A DNA stretch of 50,362 nt, filler included, from Catajapyx aquilonaris (lineage: Eukaryota), in assembly GCA_000934665.2 (NCBI GenBank). It is 3 parts of 3 records of this genome, joined end to end, with 100 filler letters (N's around TTAATTAATTAA, not from the genome) between each part and the next. Parts side by side here need not be neighbours in the genome. Positions count along the whole stretch, not along the records: positions 33,541 to 50,362 come from JYFJ02007147.1; 2 more parts are not named here. The stretch is one strand, 5' to 3'. This document shows positions 48,701-50,362 of the stretch, piece after piece. Numbering within the stretch: the first letter of the stretch is position 1; each line of letters starts with the position of its first letter. The translations under genes were made by a program, and so were the position numbers. The notes beneath the pieces were generated by a model. It was not told the DNA's origin. It saw only the letters and a list, made by a program, of their open reading frames with translations, and made no database searches.

Positions 48701-49237
48701 GCACTTTGGTAATACATTTTTCCGACTTTGGCAGCCCTCCTTGGAGTACTTTATTCCTCTTCGCATGCGTCAAGGTGCAATGAAGAAACCTGCAGGCTAC
48801 CAGCCTGACTTTGTCTGCCTCACCCCTTGGGTTAATGGGGAACCTCCAGGACAAATCACAGCCCTTACTGTCAACTCTTCTTATGGCCTGTGAGTTTCCT
48901 CTTCTTCGCTCCTGCCCTACATCTGATTGCAAAGTCGCTGCGAAACTCAATTCAATTTTCTCAACGCAGGATGGCGTACGGAAATGAGTCTGGACTGGTG
49001 GTAGTGGATGTTGTGCAAAAGACTTGCCTTATGAACATTGGCAGCCCAGACCTGTACGGAACAGGGGATCCTTACCAGAGGGTGCCTCGGTCACCAAAGA
49101 AGAACCAGAGCTCGGGAAGTGGTGGGAGGAGTGGAGGGAAGGCGGCACCTACAGCAGAGGATTTTGGCATCTGGACTGGGAATGGAGACAGCGGAAAGGA
49201 CGAAGACAGGTGTCGGGGGTCGCCCACCAATGACCAG
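42523..49237 (+). CDS. STXBP5: Tomosyn / syntaxin-binding protein 5 (WD40, Lgl family), 11 internal exons, partial at both ends
   Basis: Exons 42523-42705, 42791-42925, 46686-46749, 47174-47381, 47451-47526, 47589-47743, 47810-48101, 48207-48450, 48533-48661, 48735-48889 and 48970-49237 splice in phase (1909 nt). Tomosyn motifs: LGRPGVD, SKWLYVGTERGNVHIVN, WNKAIEL, FENPYPMDIHES, TGHADGSLKFWDAS, DPYQRVPRSPK. The N-terminal exons and the C-terminal SNARE domain were not found in the window. Confidence 0.95.
42791..42925 (+). CDS. STXBP5: Tomosyn exon
   Basis: ITNMHLAFQSKWLYVGTERGNVHIVNIETFQLSGYVVNWNKAIEL; donor gtaagt. Confidence 0.95.
46033..46255. mobile_element. MITE-like long inverted repeat in a tomosyn intron
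   Basis: Perfect 20-bp inverted repeat CACTGAGGAAACTGGACCTG (46049-46068 / 46220-46239). Pairing extends outward to GGGGTCATTTACAC / GAGTGAATGATCCC and inward through GCCAATCCAGAAA, GTGACCATCT and CATGGT. Confidence 0.7.
46686..46749 (+). CDS. STXBP5: Tomosyn 64-nt exon
   Basis: tttttttacag|T; SRKTHPGSVVYLRENPADSSK; donor gtacgt. Confidence 0.92.
47174..47381 (+). CDS. STXBP5: Tomosyn exon
   Basis: LLIGFESGQVVLWDL...SVSWHHEGKQFLCSHTDGSITTW...HPH; donor gttagt. Confidence 0.95.
47451..47526 (+). CDS. STXBP5: Tomosyn exon
   Basis: AKNTKDGKPEPCKPIQKVEWKTSKNG; donor gtgtgt. Confidence 0.92.
47589..47743 (+). CDS. STXBP5: Tomosyn exon
   Basis: ETFMIFSGGLTYDTAGRSPSITVIHGKTTTVLEMEHNVVDFITLCESPWES; donor gtaagc. 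Confidence 0.94.
47810..48101 (+). CDS. STXBP5: Tomosyn exon
   Basis: DLQDPYAIVVLLQNDLVVIDLLTPGYPCFENPYPMDIHES...WPINGGDWG...EMILTG; donor gtaagc. Confidence 0.95.
48207..48450 (+). CDS. STXBP5: Tomosyn exon
   Basis: HADGSLKFWDASAVSLQLLYKLKTAKVFEKP...LCPESRILCIAGASSHVIVFRFRKQECTSETP; donor gtgagg. Confidence 0.95.
48533..48661 (+). CDS. STXBP5: Tomosyn exon
   Basis: acttag|GCA; ALEIPIIYEVNEEPEYSPNYDYPPRQASSTQGSYCSTDADNKK; donor gtgaga. Confidence 0.9.
48735..48889 (+). CDS. STXBP5: Tomosyn exon
   Basis: PSLEYFIPLRMRQGAMKKPAGYQPDFVCLTPWVNGEPPGQITALTVNSSYGL; donor gtgagt. Confidence 0.93.
48970..49237 (+). CDS. STXBP5: Tomosyn exon (runs into the variable region)
   Basis: MAYGNESGLVVVDVVQKTCLMNIGSPDLYGTGDPYQRVPRSPKK...RCRGSPTNDQ; donor gttagc. 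Confidence 0.92.
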
Positions 49238-50362
49238 GTTAGCAGCGTTCATTTTCTTGAACAGTTGTACGAATTAGCCATTTTTATAACCAACAGCTTT
49301 TGTTTTTTCGAAGAAATTTACCAGTGTGTTTTTGTAAGTTCAAGGTTAACTTCTGGGAGTGGAGATACATTTTAATGTGCAGTTAATAATGTATGATTAT
49401 TTTAATTTACTGCTCTGTAGTTAGCAACACTGTGCAACAGCAATGCACTTTATTAAATTTAAGCTAATTTGCCTTCGCATAAAACAATGACATGTTAACT
49501 GCATATTCACCGTAGGTTATTATTGCAGAGTGTGACAAAAAGGAAATAATCCCAATTTTGTTACCCAACATGAGGAAGGATTTGTGTCGAGAATGAATAT
49601 GTTACATGCACACAAGTGTTGACTACACGTGTCAGTAGGGATCATATTCGTATCAATTTAAAGTGATAAAACATTTTTCACCTGCTATTAATATCAGGCG
49701 CATTTTGTATAGTAATGAATCGGTAGGGACGAATAGGAGAATATCACGCAATACTGGGCAGTACTTCTACGTTACGACTTGAATAGGCTTCACATATTTG
49801 ATGGCTGAGAAAAGGGACACATTTTGATGAATCTGTGAACTTGTAGTTTGTAGTTTTTTTTTTCCACCCCCTGAAATGTAGGTCAGACTTTGGATAATAA
49901 CCATTTACATCACATCAATATTAGCTGCATATTTGCATTTTACGCCCATAGCAAGAAGCAACTACAATGCAACACTGCTATAGTGCTTTATCTCTTTTAC
50001 GTAGAGAGAGAGAGAGAGACTTAGTATTGGCTCCTTCCCAAATCTTCTGCATTGTGATCTAATCAATGTCATGTCTAATTTTTTTTATGCCCCATGTGTC
50101 ATAAAGGAAAGGCAAAGTGGGTTTTTTGGCCTGTGCCACAAACGCATTTGAAGCTTGCTCTGTGCATGCAAAAAGAGAAATGTTGGCATGAGAAAGTGCC
50201 AGTGCTTTTTTGAAAAAAAATCCTCCTTGGCATAACAAATGGTTACAGGAGGCCCTGCCTGCCCTTTTTCAAGTCTCGTTGGGTTAAGCAGATGTTACGT
50301 GTCCCAAGAGAGATGGCAATATTCAGTAAGCGTAACATGCATTCACAGTGAATTAGGCAGAA

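Noticed and set aside
4331..49237. Apparent cluster of synaptic genes (madd-4/punctin and tomosyn)
   Set aside because: They lie on different contigs separated by two artificial spacers; there is no evidence of linkage
49238..50362. Possible further tomosyn exons (e.g. an acceptor near 49881)
   Set aside because: The candidate frames show no tomosyn similarity and hit stop codons; treated as intron

Overview
This is eukaryotic DNA, most likely from an arthropod. Three contigs (1-16634, 16735-33440, 33541-50362) are joined by identical artificial 100-bp spacers (44 N + TTAATTAATTAA + 44 N), so adjacency across the spacers is not evidence of linkage. Contig 1 holds the 3' part of an ADAMTS-like gene of the punctin/madd-4/nolo family (+ strand, 11 exons, 641 aa visible: TSP1 - Ig - low-complexity spacer - 3x TSP1 - PLAC - stop). 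It converges on the last two exons of a hydroxylysine kinase gene (HYKK/AGPHD1, - strand). Nearly every long intron in contig 1 is filled by its own minisatellite, and two tRNA-derived SINEs sit inside those arrays. Contig 2 has no coding exon I can recognise. Contig 3 holds 11 internal exons (636 codons) of tomosyn/STXBP5; the first has a textbook U12 (minor spliceosome) branch point. Its introns carry a long MITE-like hairpin and a dense cluster of nuclear-receptor half-sites with an EcRE-like element. All exon chains were checked by hand for splice dinucleotides and reading phase. Family assignments come from recognising motifs, not from a database search. I found no convincing novel multi-gene system; the best leads are splicing, regulatory and repeat-architecture oddities.
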